From positions 8,198,004 to 8,262,003 of the forward strand of contig NC_083402.1 of the NCBI RefSeq assembly GCF_020745735.1: a stretch of 64,000 nucleotides of DNA, in the 5' to 3' direction. Under the pieces are notes generated by a model, which ran no database searches, had not been told where the DNA came from, and saw only the letters and a program-made list of their open reading frames with translations. Positions 63,155 to 64,000 of the stretch are shown here, in pieces. The stretch's first letter is position 1. Each line of letters begins with the position of its first letter. The DNA is from Hemiscyllium ocellatum. Its lineage: Eukaryota. The position numbers were made by a program, and so were the translations under genes.

Positions 63155-63788
63155 TGTGGGAACAAGAACTGCCAACCTGCCCACCCGCAGCACGGCCATA
63201 AAAAGCACAGAAGCTGGCCGGCGAATCACAGAAATCAAGCCTGCCAACACATACAGAACACACCCACAATGCCCCAGCATTGGCGAAACAGACTAACAAA
63301 GAAATCAGACATGGCCAAGCTACTCCCAGACCAGAGAATACATTTCCCAAACAACGTTTACAGTAAAGCTCCCAGCCCCGGTGAGCACTGCGGTCCCAAT
63401 CCCCAAAGGGCAGGCTCAAATCCCATTGAAATCGATACCGCAGAAACAAACAGGCAGACCGTGAGAACCAGGATGACTTCACTTGCAGGAGGAACTCAAC
63501 GGACACACCTGAGTGCCAGGAGAAGGGACATTTATACATATTCATGCAGACGGGAAATACAATGAAGACATTCTCACCTACTCGCAGAGATGGCTGGAAT
63601 CTCCTGTGTCAATTACAAATGAATTGCTACTGAGGGATGCGTGATTAACTTCCATTCAGTTTATTCTTGTTTAAATCACTTTTTAATGTTCACTATTGTC
63701 CTGTAACTGCTTTACAGTTATGACCTTTGTGTTGTACCCCTATAAAGCATGCTGCATCTTCAGTTCTGGGAGTAGCATTATGGCCATC
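63155..63788 (+). repeat. ERV 3' LTR, copy 2, truncated by the U2-Tx1 insertion
   Basis: Follows PPT AAAAAAAAGAGGG (63139-63151); TATAAA at 63741; ends GGCCATC. Confidence 0.88.
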
Positions 63789-63832
63789 GCTTCTCGGCCT
63801 TTTGGCTAAGATCAAGTGTCTGTTCTTATCAG
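63786..63832 (+). ncRNA. RNU2: U2 snRNA 5' fragment, copy 2, with the same 5-nt deletion
   Basis: Identical 47-nt sequence to 1710-1756. Confidence 0.93.
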
Positions 63833-64000
63833 GACAGGTGTCAAGCTGTGAGTCATCAGAGCTAGTAGAGATCATCGCTGGATCATGATTGGACGCTGGA
63901 GGATTGTTTGGTTGTGCTGACCTGCTCTTGGTGGATCTTTATGCTGGCTTCTGCCTAACGCCAATTCAGGTATCAGCCAACCTCAGAGCTATGGCCTCAG
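63833..64000 (+). mobile_element. Tx1 5'UTR and ORF1 start, copy 2 (runs off the window)
   Basis: Matches 1757-2115 minus about 190 bp; ATGGCCTCAG at 63991. Confidence 0.88.

Noticed and set aside
1-64000. CRISPR arrays, rRNA or prokaryotic systems
   Set aside because: No regularly spaced repeat-spacer array or rRNA similarity; the content is vertebrate throughout.

Overview
A repeat-dense vertebrate genomic window, most likely from a shark or other cartilaginous fish. This is inferred from HE1-type tRNA-derived SINEs, CR1/HER1-like LINEs with (TCTATGAC)n tails and shark-type Penelope elements. Most ORFs in the track are fragments or shadows of decayed retroelements. Host-gene content is limited to exons of an Ig-superfamily membrane receptor (Siglec-15/PILR-like V exon at 35167-35514, a stalk/TM exon, and ITIM-like cytoplasmic exons at 12.8 kb) and a decayed C2H2 zinc-finger array. 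The most unusual structure occurs twice, at both ends of the window, about 61-62 kb apart. In each copy a class I ERV 3' LTR is cut 45 nt after the start of its TATA box by a sequence that begins exactly at nt 1 of U2 snRNA, lacks the U2 branch-point recognition motif, and runs into a Tx1-clade (Keno-like) LINE. Other highlights are a degraded envelope-like frame resembling the paramyxovirus-F-like Env of lokiretroviruses (30.4-31.4 kb, minus strand), a dozen or more Penelope hammerhead motifs including a young 216-bp-arm palindrome, and a nested Gypsy > ERV > LINE/PLE stack. All alignments were done by eye, repeat boundaries are approximate, and family names come from recalled motifs rather than database searches.
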